DNA of 64,000 bases, taken from assembly GCF_009914755.1 (NCBI RefSeq), contig NC_060939.1, one strand, 5' to 3'. Of the stretch, positions 46,288 to 60,075 are shown in pieces (position 1 is the stretch's first letter; every line of letters begins with the position of its first letter). Under the pieces are notes generated by a model. The model made no database searches and was not told the origin of the DNA. It saw only the letters and a program-made list of their open reading frames with translations. The position numbers and the translations under genes are program-made. The stretch is from the human T2T-CHM13v2.0 reference genome, Homo sapiens.

Positions 46288-48082
46288 GCCTAGGTGAGAA
46301 TTTTGGAAGAGGATGCTGGGAATTACAAGTTCCCTGTGAAGTCCACTGTATTTTGAGCTAGAGACCTGGAGGCTCTGAGGGCATCTGGAGGGTGCCCAAC
46401 CCTGTCTCTGCACTCCTCCATGAGGCAGCCCAGGCTCACTCTGTGGGCTTGGTGTCGGCGCTCCTGTTACCCAAGGGTGGGGTACTTTGGCATCTCCTCC
46501 CTGAGCCCCCATTCTCCCCTGTGTCTTTCAGTGACCTCTTTTGCCCGGCAGACCCCCTGGCATTGACCAGCATAGGTGAGTGGATCCTGCTGGGGTCATG
46601 GGTCATGAGCCAGGCTGTGTGGGGTTGCCGAGCATCAGCCTTTGGCTGCAAGGGTTTCCTCAGGAACTGACCCGAATGCCCACCTGGGATGGGTTCTCCA
46701 GGAGGGCAGCTTCCTTAGGAATCGGACCCAAGGAGGATACCTTCCATGAAGCCCTGCAGGGGTTGTGGTGGTCCAGGCAGTAAAGGGTTTCCTCAGCCCC
46801 ATGCAGGGCAGCACCCAGCTGAAACTCGGTGCTTAAGTCAGGCCTCTAGGATGGCCCGTCCACATGAGGGGAACCACAAGGGCACTGGGGCGCCAAGGGG
46901 GTCTTATGGGGGCTCTCCGACCTTGGAGAGGTATGTGTGATTCGGCCCATGAGGTCAGGTTTTGGATTTTCAAGGATCTCTCCAAACCCATGGCCCTGAA
47001 TGGGACCGACCCTATTAAGCTATGGGCCATCCCAGTGGTGCCTCTTTGAGCCAAGTGTGGGGTGGCACTGTTTCCATGAGGTTGGGTCAAGACTAGCTCT
47101 GGTGACCCCATGATGGTGCTGCAGTCTGGCCCTGGGACTCGTGGGCTTTGGGCCAAGCGTATAGCCCATGTCCCACCAGGGGCCACACCTTCCTTGTGGG
47201 CAAGTGGCGGACAGGGTGTCCTCCTGAGGTGAGAAGGCCTGCTGTGGAAGGACCTGTCCAGGCTGCTTCCAAGCTATGGGGTCACCTACAGGGTGGTGGG
47301 GTCAAGGAAAGGAGAAGACACCATGTGTCTCCCGATTGGCTGAGTGTGGCCCCACTCTGTGTGTGGGAGGTGTTGTGTGAGGCATGGATGGGGACATATC
47401 AGAGAACACACGAGGCCCTGGGTCCCCAGGCTGCAATTTCCGGTGTGGTGTGGAGCAGGGCCTGGGTGCTTGCCCTCCACACACAGGGGCAGGCTGTGCT
47501 ACTGCCAGATTGGCAGCAGTACGTGGCATCCAGGCCAGCCTCCTTGGTTGGCCGTGAGACGGTAGGTGGCCCTGGCTGACACCCAGGGGCCAGTACAGCC
47601 CTGGGGTCATGTGAGGCAACTGGAGTGGGTAGTGGAGGTGCTCAAGGTGCCTGCAGTAGGGCATAGCCAGGGCGTCTTGCCTGAGCCCAGTGACCTACCT
47701 GCCCTGTCCTTCCAGGGTTCAGTGGTGCAGAGGGCCAAAGTTCCCCTGTGTCCATGACACATCAGTGTTTCACATGGATCCCATCACATGGGTCCATGGT
47801 GGGAGAGCAATCGTGAGCTAGCATCCCCCACCCCCTTCCTGCATGGAGGCGTGAGGTTCCATTTGGACACATGTCCACCTCCTGTCCCCCAGATAGTGAG
47901 ACTGGAAGAAAACTTTCATTGGGCCCGCTGTCCCGGGGTGAGTGGTCATCAGTCAGGTGCCCAGCCCTTGGTGTGGTGAAGCTCAGGCTCTTCCTGGCGC
48001 CCTGGTCTCCTGCACGGAGCTGCGGTGAGCACATCCGGGTCCCGATGGATGCATGCGTGGGGATGGAGGGCGTGCCCTGAGT

Positions 48083-48166
48083 TGGGTCAATGATGAGAAC
48101 CTTATATTGTCCTGAAGAGAGGTGATGACTTAAAAATCATGCTCAATAGGATTACGCTGAGGCCCA
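48083..48166 (+). ncRNA. SNORD115-11: SNORD115 copy 11
   Basis: All boxes and canonical guide. Confidence 0.94.
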
Positions 48167-50084
48167 GCTTAGGTGAGAATTCTGGAAGAGGATGCTGAGA
48201 TCCGAAGTCCCCTGGAAGGGCCACTGTATTTTGGGCTGGAGTCCTTGAGGCCCTGAAGGACACCTTCGGGGTGCCCAACCCAGTCTCTGCACTCCTCTGT
48301 GTGGCAGCCAAGGCTCCTTGTGCAGGCTTGGTGTTGGCATTCTGGTTCCCTGGGGGTGGAGCACATCGACGGCTCCTCCCTGAGCCCCCGTTCTTCTCTG
48401 TGTCTTTCAGTGAGCTCTTCTACCCAGGCGGGCCCCTGCCCTTGAGCGGCATAGGTGAGTGGATCTTGCTGGGGTCACGGGCCAAGAGCCAGGCCACGGG
48501 GGGTCGCTGAGGGTCACCTTTCAGGCCACGAGGGTTTCCTTAGGGAGCTGACCTGAATCCCCACCAGAGATGGATGGTTTCTCCGGAAGGGCAGCTTCCT
48601 TGTTAATTGATCCCAAGAAGGACGCCTTCCCTGAAACCCTGCAGGGGTAATGGAGGCCCAGGCAGCAGAGAGTTCCTTCAACCCAATACAGTGCAGCAGC
48701 TTGTTGCCTTGATGCTCCCCCTCCCTGGAGAAAGGTGGGCATAGGGCCCGTGGAGTTGAGTTGCAGAGATTTAAGGATCGCACAGGACTTATTGACCTAA
48801 ATGGGACTGACCCTGTTGAGCAACGTGCACTTGGTGCATGGGTCAGGTGTGGAGCACTGCCCAGGCCACATGAGGGGTCCACTGGGTCTCTGGGGGCCAC
48901 GGGTGTTATGCAGGAGCTCTCCGTCCCCAAGGCTTGCAGGGGGGTAGGATGTCGGTGATCGAGCTTATGCAGTCAGGCCGTGAAGATTCAAGGATTGGGC
49001 CCAACCCATGGCCCTGATGGGACCGACCCTGTTGAGCAATGGGCTATCCCACTGGTGCCTCCTTGAGCCTGGTGGGGGCAGTGCGGCCTCAGTGGGCTTG
49101 GATCAAGGCTGAGCTCTGGCCAGCACCTGGTGTTTGGCCCTGGGAATCGTGGGCTTTGGGCCAAGGGTTCAGCCTGTGTCCCACTGGAGTTCATCCCTAC
49201 CGGAAGTGGAGTGGATGGAAGGGTGGCATCCTGTGGTGGAAGACCCACCGTTAAGGGTCCTGTCCTGGCAATTTGATGCCCAGGCTACTTCTGAGCCATG
49301 GAGTCACCTCCAGGGTAGCAGGGTCTTGAGCCAAAGGAAAGTTGAGGACATCATGTGTCCTCTGATTGGCCGAGCGTGGCCCAGCTCTGTGTTTAGGAGG
49401 TGTGCGGTGCATGAATGGGGACCCACCAGAGAAGGCATGTGGCCCTGGGGCCCCAGGATGTGATTTCTGGTGTGTGCTTATAAAGGGTGCCTGGATGGGT
49501 TCATTTAATGCCCAGGGGCAGGCCATGTGACTGCCAGGTCTGCAGTGGTACGTGGCATCCAGGCCAGCCTCCTTGATTTGCTGTGAGCTATTTGGTGCCC
49601 ATGGCCCTGCCCAGTGGTCCTGATGCAGCCCAGATTCGAGCAGGGGATTTGGCGTGGGCAGTGGAGGTGCTCCAGGGTCCTGCACTAGGGTGCAGCCTGG
49701 GCGTTTTGCTCGAACCCTGTGACCCTCCTGCCCCGTCCTTCCAGGGTTCAGTGGCCAAGGGTTCCTCGCGTAAATGACCATCACTGTTTTACATGGATCT
49801 CATCTCATGAGTCCATGGAGGGAGAGCATGTGTGAGCCAGCACCCCCTGCCCACTTTCCTGCATGGAGGCATGAGGCCTTGTTTGGACACCTGTCCCCCA
49901 CCCTTCCAGATGGTGACCCCAGAGGAAGACTTGCGTTGGGCCCACTGGCTCTGGGCTCAGCCCCTGGTGAGCTGAAGCTCAGGCCCTTCCTGGCACCCTG
50001 GTCTGCTGCACTGAGCTGCGGTGAGCCTATCTGGGTCCCACTGGATGCATGGGTTGCGGGGCAGTGGAGGGTGATGCCCTGGGT

Positions 50085-50168
50085 TGGGTCGATGATGAGA
50101 ACCTTATATTGTCCTGAAGAGAGGTGATGACTTAAAAATCATGCTCAATAGGATTACGCTGAGGCCCA
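50085..50168 (+). ncRNA. SNORD115-12: SNORD115 copy 12
   Basis: All boxes and canonical guide. Confidence 0.94.
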
Positions 50169-51989
50169 GCCTAGGTGAGAATTTTGGAAGAAGGTGCTGG
50201 GATCCGGAGTTCCCTGGAATGACCAATGTATTTTGGGCTGGAGACCTTGAGGCCCTGAACAGCAGCATCTCGTGGGGGCCCAACCCCTTCTCCGTGCTCC
50301 TCTGTGAGGCAGCCCAGGCTCCCTGTGTGGGCTTGGTGTTAGTGCTCCGGTTCTGTGAACCCCCATTCTCCCCTTGTGTCTTTCAGTGAGCTCTTCCACC
50401 CAGGTGCAACCCCCTGGCATTGACCAGCATAGGTGAGTGGTCCCGCTGGGGTCATGGGTCATCAGTCATGCAGTGTGGGGTCACCAAGAGTCAGCCTTTG
50501 AGACAGGAGGGTTTCCACAGGCAGCTGACCTGAATCCACACCATGGAAGGGTAGGTTGGTCCTCCAAGAGGGCTGTTTTTTTGGGAATCGGACCCAAGGA
50601 TGATATCTTTCCTGCAGCCCTGCAGTGATGACGGTGGTCCAGGCAGGAAAAGTTTCCTTCAATCTCATGCAGGGCAGCTCCCAGCTGAGTCTCAGTGCAC
50701 TGGTCTGGCCTCGAGGACTGACCAGGCCACGTGAGGGGGGCCACAGGGGCTTTGGGATGCCATGGGGTCACACAAGAGCTCCCCATCCCTGGAGAAAGGT
50801 GGGCATAGAGCCCATGGAGTTGAGCTGCAGATATTTAAGGATCACACAGGATTTATAGCCCTGAATGGGACCGACCCTGTTGAGCAATGTGCCATCCATC
50901 CTATGGTACCTCTTTGGGCCTGGATGGGGTGTTGCTGTTTCCCTAGGTTTTGGTCAAGGCTGAGCTCTGGCCAGTGCCTGGTGGTGCTACAGTCCAGCCA
51001 CGGACTTGTTAGCTTTAGGCCAAGGGATCAGTCCACGTCCTGCTGGGGATCTCCCCTTCCCTGTGGCTGGAAGTCACCCCTTCCCCATTGGCAAGTGTGA
51101 GGAAGGGTGGCCTCCTGAGGTGGAAGGCCTGCTGTTGAGGGTCTTGTCCCTGGAATATGCCACCCACACTGCTTCTGAGCCATAGGGTCACCTCCAGGAT
51201 AGTGGGTATTGGGCCAAAGGAAAGAAGTCACCATGTGTCCCCTGATTAGCCAAGTGTGGCCCTGCTCTGTGTTTAGGAGGTGTGTGGGGCATGGATGGGG
51301 ACCCACCAGAGAAAGCATGTGGCCCTGGGACTCCAGGTTGTGATTTCCAGTTCATGCTGGGATAGGGCACCTGGATGGGTGCCCACAATGCACCGGGGCA
51401 GGCTATGTGACTGCCAGCTTTGCAGCGGCATCTGGCATCCGGGCCAGCCTCCTTGGTTGGCCATGAACTGGTTGGTGGCCCTGGCCTGTGCCCAGTAGCT
51501 CTGTCGTAATCCTGGGGTCATGCGAGGGAGCCGGCATGGGCAGTGGAGGTGCTCGTGGGACCTGCGGTAGGACACAGCCAGGTCTTCTTGCCCGAGCCCA
51601 GTGACCCACCTGCCCTGTCCTTCCAGGGTTCAGTGGTTGAGAGTACAGGGTGACTTGTGTCTGTGACAAGCCAGTGTTCTGCATGGATCCCATCACGTGG
51701 ATCCATGGACGGCAAGCATCCCTGAGCCGCCACACCCCACCTTCTGCCTCCATGGAGGGGTGAGGTTGTGTGTGGACGCCTGTCCTACTCCTGTTTCCCC
51801 AGGTATTGAGCCTGGAGGAAGACTTGAATTGGTCCCAATGGTCCCAGGCCAGCATCCATCAGCTAGGTGCTGAGCCCCTGGTGCACTGAAGATTGGGCAC
51901 TTCCTGGCACCCTGGTGTGCTGCACCGAGCTGTGATGAGCACATCCGGGTCCTGCTGGATGCATGCGCCGGGAAGGACGTGCCCTGAGT

Positions 51990-52073
51990 TGGGTCGATGA
52001 TGAGAACCTTATATTATCCTGAAGAGAGGTGATGACTTAAAAATCATGCTCAATAGGATTACGCTGAGGCCCA
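51990..52073 (+). ncRNA. SNORD115-13: SNORD115 copy 13
   Basis: All boxes and canonical guide. Confidence 0.94.
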
Positions 52074-53589
52074 GTCTAGGTGAGAGTTTTGGAAGAGGAT
52101 GCTGGGATCCTGAGGTCCCCTGGTAGAGCCAATTGTATTTTGGGCTGGAGACCTGGAAGCCCTGAAGGGCATCTGGGAGGCCCAACCCTGTCTCTGTGCT
52201 CCTCCATGAGGCAGCCCTGGCTCCCCATGTAGGCTTGGTGATGGCCTTCCTGTTCCCTGGGGGTGGGGCACATGGGTAGCTCCTCCCTGACCCCCATTCT
52301 CTCCTGTGTCTTTCAGTGAGCTCTTCCCTACAGGTGGGCCCCCTGGCATTGACTAGCATCGGTGAGTGGATCCTGCTGGGGTCGTGGGCCGTGCACCAGG
52401 CTGCATGGGGTCACCAAGTATTAGCCTTCAGGACAGGAGGGTTTCCTCAGGGAGTCGACCTTAATCCTCACCTGTGGAGAGATGGGTTTGTCCTCTAGGA
52501 GGGCAGCTTCCTGGGAAATCAGACCCAAGACGATGCCTTCCCTGAAGCCCTGCAGGGGTGACGGTGGTCCAGTCTGGAAAGGGTTCCTTCAGTCTCATGC
52601 AGGGCAGCTCCCAGCTGACACTTGGTGTGAGAGTCTGTCCTTGAGGACTGCCCAGGACAAATGAGTGGGACAACAGAGGCTCCCGGATACCACAGGGATC
52701 ACTCAGGGGCTCTCCGTCCCTGGAAATGGGTGGGCGATCGGGCCCATGGGGTGGGGCTGCGGAGATTCAAGGATCGTGCCCTGCTCATGGCCCTGAATGC
52801 AAATGACCCTGTTGAGCAATGGGTCACACCAGTAGCTCCTTTTTGAGCCTGGTGGGTGGCGGCTCAGCTTCAACTGGTTGGGTCAAGGCTGAGCCATGAC
52901 TGGTGCTTTGTGGTGCCGCAGGCCAACCCTGGGACTCATGGGCTTTGGGTCAAGGGTGCAGCCCGCCTGCTGCTGGGGGTCACCCCTTCTTCGAGGTCAG
53001 TGGCGGGAAGGGTCACGTCCCGAGGTTGGAAAGCCCCCTCATGAGGGACCTGTCCTGGGAATTTGTTGCCCAGGCTGCTTCTGAGCCATGTGGTCACTTC
53101 CGGGTGGCGGGGTCTTGGGCCCAAGGAAAGGAGAGGGCACCATGTGGCTCCTGATTGGCTCAGTGTGGCCCAGCTCTGTGTTTGACAGGGGTCTGGGGTG
53201 TGGATGAGGACCCACCAGACAAAGCACGTGGCCCTGGGCCCAGGCTGTGATTTCTGGTGCGTGCTTGGAGAAGGATCCTGGGCAGGCATTCTCTCCAAAC
53301 AGGGGCAGGTTGTGGGACTGCCAGATTGGCAGCAGTGCCTGGCATCCAGGCCAGCATCCTTGGTTGGCTGTGAGCTGGTTGGTGACCTTGGACCCTGCCC
53401 AGGGTTTCCGTTGTGGTCCAGAGTCATGCAGTGGGGCCAGTGTGAGCAGTGGAGGTGCTCCAGGGGCCTGCTGTATGGCACAGCCAGGGCATCTTACCCA
53501 AGCCCTCCTGCACTGGTCTCCTGCACTGAGCTGTGGTGAGCCCATCTGGGTTCCTGTGATGCCTGTGCGGGGAGGGGGTTGCCCTGGGT

Positions 53590-53672
53590 TGGGTCGATGA
53601 TGAGAAACTTATATTGTCTGAAGAGAGGTGATGACTTAAAAATCATGCTCAATAGGATTACGCTGAGGCCCA
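53590..53672 (+). ncRNA. SNORD115-14: SNORD115 copy 14 (1-nt deletion before D', as in copy 10)
   Basis: All boxes and canonical guide. Confidence 0.94.
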
Positions 53673-56244
53673 GCCTAGGTGAGAATTTTGGAAGAGGATG
53701 CTGGGAATTATGAGTTCCCTGGCAGAACCACTGTATTTTGGGCTGGAGACCTGGAGGCTCTGAGGGCATCTGGAGGGTGCCCAACCCTGTCTCTGCGCTC
53801 CTCCGTGAGGCAGCCCAGGCTCACTATGTGGGCTTGGTGTTGGCACTCCTGTTACCCGGGGGTGGGGCATTTTGGCATCTCCTTTCTGAGCCCCCAATCT
53901 CCCCTGTGTCTTTCAGTGAGCTCTTCTGCCCAGCAGCCTCCCTGGCAGTGACCAGCATAGGTGAGTGGATCCTGCTGGGGTAATGGCCCATGAGCCAGGC
54001 TGTGTGGGGTCACCAAGCATCAGCCTTCAGCCATAAGAGTTTCCTCAGGAGCTGACCCGAATGCCCACCTGGGATGGGTTCTCCAGAAGAGTGGCTTCCT
54101 TGGAAATCATACCCAAGGAAGATACCTTCCCTGAAGCCCTGCAGGGGTTGCAGTGGTCCAGGCAGTAAAGGGTTTTCTCAACCTCATGCAGGGCAGTGCC
54201 CCACTAAGACTCAGTGCTCTGGTCAGGCCTTTAGGATGGCCAGGCCACATGAGAGGGGCCACAAGGGCTCTGGGGCACCAAGGGGTTCTTGCAGGGGCTC
54301 TTCAACCTTGGAGAGGTGTGTGTAATTCAGCCCATGAGGTCAGGCTGTGGATTTTCAAGGATTGCACCAAACCCATGGCCCTGAATGGGACAAACCCTAA
54401 TAAGTTATGGGCCATCCCAGTGGTGCCTCTTTGAGCCAAGTGTGGGGTGGCACTGTTTCCTAAGGGTGAGTCAAGACTAGCTCTGGCTGGCACCTGATGG
54501 TGGTGCAATCCTGCCCTGGGATTGGTGGGCTTTGGGACATGGGTACAGCCCATGTCCCATTGGGGTCACCCCTTCATTGTGGACAGGTGGCGGGAAGCAT
54601 GTCCTCCTGAGGTGGGAAGGCCTGCTGTGGAAGACCCTGTCTCAGAAATTTGCTGTCTTGGCTGCTTCTGAGCTATGGCGTCACCTCTGTGGTGGCGGGA
54701 GTCTCGGGTGAATGGATCCTGCTGGGGTCATGGGCCATGAGCCAGGCCGGGGTGGGGTCCCTGAGCGTCACCTTTCGGGTCATGAGGGTTTCCTAAGGGA
54801 GCCGACCTGAATCCCCACCAGGGATGAATGGTTTCTCTGGGAAGCAGGTTTCCTTGGAAATCAGTCCCAAGAAGGACACCTTCCCTGAAACCTTGCAGGG
54901 GTAACAGAGGTCCAGGCAAGAGAGGGTTCTTTCAACCCAACGCAGTGCAGATCCTAGCTGAGACTTGGTGCACAGGTGAGTCCTGGAGGACTGCCCAGGC
55001 CACATGAGGGCATCCACAGGGTCTCCGTGGCCAGGAGTCTTATACGGGAGCCCTCTGTCCCCGAGGCTTGCAGAGGGGTTGGGTGTGGGTGATCTGGCTT
55101 ACGGAGTCAGGCCGTGAACATTCAAGGGTCGGGAACCACCCATGGCCCTGAATGGGACCGACCCTGTTGAGCAATGGCCATCCTGGTGGTGGCACCTTGA
55201 GCCTGGTGGGGGTGGCGCTGCCTCAGTGGGGTTGGGTCAAGGCTGAGCTCTGCCTGTCACCTTGTGGTTGGCCCTGGGAATCATGGGCTTTGGGCCAAGG
55301 GTGCAGCCTGCGTCCCGCTTGAGGTCACTCCTACCTGAAGTGGAGTGGCCGGAAGGGTGGCATCCTGTGGTGGGAGACCCACGGTCAAGGATCCTGTGCT
55401 GGCAATTTGCTGCGCAGCCTGGTTCTGAGTCATGGGGTCACCTCCAGGGTGACAGGGTCTTTGTCAAAGGGAAGGAGAGGACATTATGTGGCCCCTGATT
55501 GGCCAAGCATGGCCCAGCTCTGTGTTTGGGAGGTATGCGGTGCCTGAATGGGGACCCACCAGAGAAGGCACATGGCCCCGGGGCCCCAGGATGGTATTTC
55601 TGGTGTGAGCTTATAAAGGGTGCATGGATGGGTGCATTCCATGCCCAGTGGCGGGTTATGTGACTGCCAGGTCTGCAGTGGCACATGGGGTCCGGGCCAG
55701 CCTCCTTGGTTTGCCATGAGCTGGTTGGTGGCCCAGGCCCTGCCTAGTGGTCTCATTGCAGCCCAGAGTCATGTGGGGGAGCTGGCGTGGGCAGTCGAGG
55801 TGCTCCAGGGTCCTACAGTAGGGTGCAGCCTGGGCGTCTTGCTGGAATCCCATGACCCACCTGCCCTATCCTTCCAGGGTTGAGTGGCAGGGAGGGCCAA
55901 GGGTTCCTCGTGTGCATGACTGTCACTGTTTTACATGGATCTCATCTCATGAGTCCATGGTGGGAGAGCATGTGTGAGCCAGCACACCCTACCCACTTTG
56001 CCCTATGGAGGCACAAGGCCCTGTTTGGACACCTGTCCCCCACCCCTCCAGATGCTGACCCTGGAGGAAGAATTGCACTGGGCCCACTGGCCCCGGGAAA
56101 ATGTCCCTCAGCCAGGTGCTTAGCCCCTGGTAATCTGAAGCTCAGGCCCTTCCTGATGCCCTGGTCTCCTGCACTGAGCTGTGGTGAGCACATCTGGGTC
56201 CCAATGGATGCATGCATGCGTTGTGGGGTGGTGGTGTCCTGGGT

Positions 56245-56327
56245 TGGGTCGATGATGAGAACCTTATATGTTCTGAAGAGAGGTGATGACTTAAAAATCA
56301 TGCTCAATAGGATTACGCTGAGGCCCA
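56245..56327 (+). ncRNA. SNORD115-15: SNORD115 copy 15 (1-nt deletion in D' guide region)
   Basis: All boxes and canonical guide. Confidence 0.94.
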
Positions 56328-58116
56328 GCCTAGGTGAGAATTTTGGAAGAGGATGCTGGGATTTCTAGGTCCCTGTCATGGGCACTGTATTTTGGACTGG
56401 AGACCTCCGGGCCCTGAACAGCATCTCGGGGGGGACTCTACCCTGTCTCCACATTACATGTGAGGCAGCCCAGGCTCCCTTTGTGGGCTTGGTGTCTGCA
56501 CTCTGGTTCCCTGTGGTAGGGCAGCTTGCTGGGTCCTTCCTGAGCCCCTGTTCTCCCTTTGTGTCTTCTGTCTTTCAGTGAGCTCTTCAGCCCAGGTGGG
56601 CTCCCTGACACTGATGCGCATAGGTGAGTGGATTCTGCTGGCATCATGGGCCATGAGCCAAGCTGCGTAGGGTCACCAAAGGTCACTCTTTAGGCCACGT
56701 GGGTTTCCTCAGGGAGCCGACCTGAATCCCCACCAGGTTGGGACAGTTTCTCCAGGAGGCTGGCTTCCTTGGGAATCAGACCCAAGACAATGCCTTCCCT
56801 GAAGCCTTACAGGGGTAACAGTTGTCCAGACAGGAAAGGGTCCCCTCAGTCCCATTGAAGGCAGCTCCCAGCTGAGACTCAGTGTGCGAGTCTGGCCTCA
56901 AGGATGGCCCAGGCCACATGAAGGAGGCCACAGGGGCTCTGGGGTGCCACAGGGGTCACACGAGAGCTCTCTTTCCCTGGAGTGGGGTGCTCGAATGAGC
57001 CCATGGGGTCAGGCTGCAGAGATTCAAGGATCGCATCCCAACCGTGGCCCTAAATGCGACCGACCATGTTGAGTAATGGGCCATCTCAGTGGGGCCTCTT
57101 TGAGCCTGGTGGGGGGCGGGGCTGTTTCCCTGGGTTTGGGTCAAGGCTGAGCTCTGGCCAGCGCCTGGTGATGCTGCAGGCCAGCCCAGGTTCTTGTGGG
57201 CGTTGGTCCATTCGGCAGCCCTGTCCTCCTGGAGGTCACCCCTTGCCTATTGGTGATTGGCTGGATCCTGAGGTGGAAAGACCTGCTGTTGATGGTCCTG
57301 TCCCAGGAATTTACCACCCAGGCTGCTTCTGAGCCATGGGGTCACCTCCAGGGTGGCGGAGTCTTGGGGCTAAGAAAAAAGAGGACACTATGTAGCCCAC
57401 GGTTGGCCAAGGGTGGCCTGACTCTGTGTTTGGGACATGTGCGGGGCATGGATAGGGACCCGCCAGAGAAAGCACGTGGCCCGGGGACTCCAGGCTTCGA
57501 TTTCAGGTGTGGCTTGCAAATAGCACCTAGGCAGGTGCCCACCACGCCCTGGGGCAGGCTATGCAACTTCCATCTCCACAGTGGCGCATGGCTTCTGGGC
57601 CATTCTCCTTGGTTGGCCATGAGCTGATTGGTTCCCCTGGCCTGTGCCCTGTGGTCCCGGAGTGGCTCTGGGATCGTGTGGGGCAGCCAGCATGGACAGT
57701 GGAGATGCTATCAAGGCCTTCAGTAGGGTGCAGCCCAGGTTTCTTGCCTGAACCCAGTGACCCACCTACCCTGTGTTTTCAGGGTTTGCTGACAGGGAAG
57801 GCCAAACGTGCCCCACGTCCATGCTAGGTCAGTGTTCCTCATGGACCCCATCACATGGGTATCCCTTACCCCTTCCCCACATGGAAGTATGAGGCTCTGT
57901 TTGGACACATGTCCTCTTCCTGTCCCCCCAGATGGTGAGCCTGGAGGAAGACTTGCATTGGGCCCAATGGACCCAGGCCAGTGGCCATCAGCCAGGTGCC
58001 CACCCTGGTGTGCTGAAGCGCGGGACCTACCTGTTGTCCTGGTTTCCTACACTGAGCTGAGGTGAGCACATCTGGGTCCCTCTGGATGCATGCATGGGGC
58101 GGGGGGTGCCCTGGTT

Positions 58117-58200
58117 TGGGTCAATGATGAGAACCTTATATTATCCTGAAGAGAGGTGATGACTTAAAAATCATGCTCAATAGGATTACGCTGAGGCCCA
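58117..58200 (+). ncRNA. SNORD115-16: SNORD115 copy 16
   Basis: All boxes and canonical guide. Confidence 0.94.
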
Positions 58201-59991
58201 GCCTAGGTGAGAATTTGGAAGAGGATGCTGGGATCCCAAAGTCCCAGTAGGGGACTTTATTTATTTATTTTGGGCTGGAGCCCTGGAGGCCCTGAAGGGC
58301 ATCTGGGGGGCCCAGCCCTGTCTCTGTGCTCCTCCGTGAGGCAGCCCAGCCTCCCTGTGTGGGCTTGCTGTTGGTGGTCCAGTTCCTTGGGGCGGGGCAC
58401 GTGGACAGCTCCTCCTTGAGCCCCCCTGCTCCACTTGTGTCTTTCAGTGAGCTCTTCAACCCAGGCGGGGCACCCTGGCATTCACCAGCATAGGTGAGTG
58501 GATCCTGCTGCCATCGTGGGCCATGGGCCAGGCTGGGTAGAGTCACTGAGGGTCAGCCTTCGGGACAGGAGAGTTTCCTCAGGGAGCGAACCTGAATCCC
58601 CACCAGGGAGGGATAGGTTGGTCCTCCAGAAGGGTGGCTTCCTGAGAAATCGGACCCAAGGGGGACGCCTTCCCTGGAGCCCTGCAGTGATGACGGTGGT
58701 CCAGGCAGGAGAGGGTTCCTTCAGTCTCACACATAGTAGCTCCCAGCTGAGTCTAGGTGTTCGAGTCTGGCCTTGAGGACTGCCCAGGCCACCTGAGGGG
58801 CCAACAGGGACTCTGGGACACCATGGGGGTCACATAGGAGCTCTCCATTCATGGAGAAAGATGGATGATAGGGCCCATGGAGTCGAGCTGTGGAGATTTA
58901 AGGATTGCGCCCAATGTATGGCCCTGAATGGGACAGACCCTGTTGAGTAATGAGCCATTCTATGGGCCTCATCGAGCCTTGAGCGGGGCGGTGCTGTTTC
59001 CCTATGTTTGAGTCAAGGCTGGACTCTGGCCGGTGCCTGGTGGTGCTGAGGTCTGGCCATGGACTCGTTGGCTTTGGGCCAAGGGGTCAGCCTGCTCCCC
59101 CTGGAAGTCCCCCCTTCCCCGTGGCTGGAAGTCATCCCTTCCCAAGGGGCAAGTGTCGGGAATGGTTGCCTCCTGAGGTTGCAAGGCCTGCTATCTAGGG
59201 TCTTGTCTTTGGAATATGCTGCCCATGCTGCTTCTGAGTCATGGGGTCACCTCCAGGGTAGCGGATCTTGGGCCCAGGGACAGAAGATGCCGTGTGTCCC
59301 CTGATTAGCTGATTGTAGCCCTGCTCTGTGTTCAGGAGGTGTGTGGGGCATGGATGCAGACCCACCAGAGAAAACTGTGGCCCTTAGACCCCAGGTTGCA
59401 ATTTCCATTATGTGCTGGGATAGGGCATCTGGGTGGGCACCCACTATGCACAGAGATAGGCTATGTGACTGCCAGGGCTGTAGCGGCATCTGACATCTAG
59501 GCCAGCTTCCTTGGTTTCCTGCGAATGAGTTGGTGGCCCTGGCCTGTGCCTAGTAGTTCTGGGGTGACCCCGGGTCGTGTGGGGGAGCCAGCAGGGGCCC
59601 AGTGACCAGCCTGCCCTGTCCTTCCAGAGTTCTGTGGCTAAGAGAGCACTGGGTACCCTGTGTCCGTGATGGGCCAGTGTTCCGCATGCAAACGATCACA
59701 TGGGTCCATGGAGGGCAAGCATACTTGAACTGCCACACCCCACCTTCTGCTCACATACAGGAGTGAGGTTGTGTTTGGACAGCTGTCCTACTCCTGTTCC
59801 CCTAGACTGTGAAATGGGAGGAAGAATTGTGTTGGGCCCAATGGCCCTGGGCCAGTATCCGTCAGCCTGGTGTCCAGCCCCTGGTGTGCTGAAGCTCATG
59901 CCCTTCCTGGTGCCCTAGTTTCCTGCACTGAGCTTGGTGAGCCCATTTGGGTACTGCTGGATGCATGGGTGGGGAGGGAGGTGCCCTGGGT

Positions 59992-60075
59992 TGGGTCGAT
60001 GATGAGAACCTTATATTGTCCTGAAGAGAGGTGATGACTTAAAAATCATTCTCAAAAGGATTATGCTGAGGCCCA
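59992..60075 (+). ncRNA. SNORD115-17: SNORD115 copy 17 (variant guide ATTCTCAAAAGGATTATG)
   Basis: All boxes intact; three guide substitutions. Confidence 0.93.
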
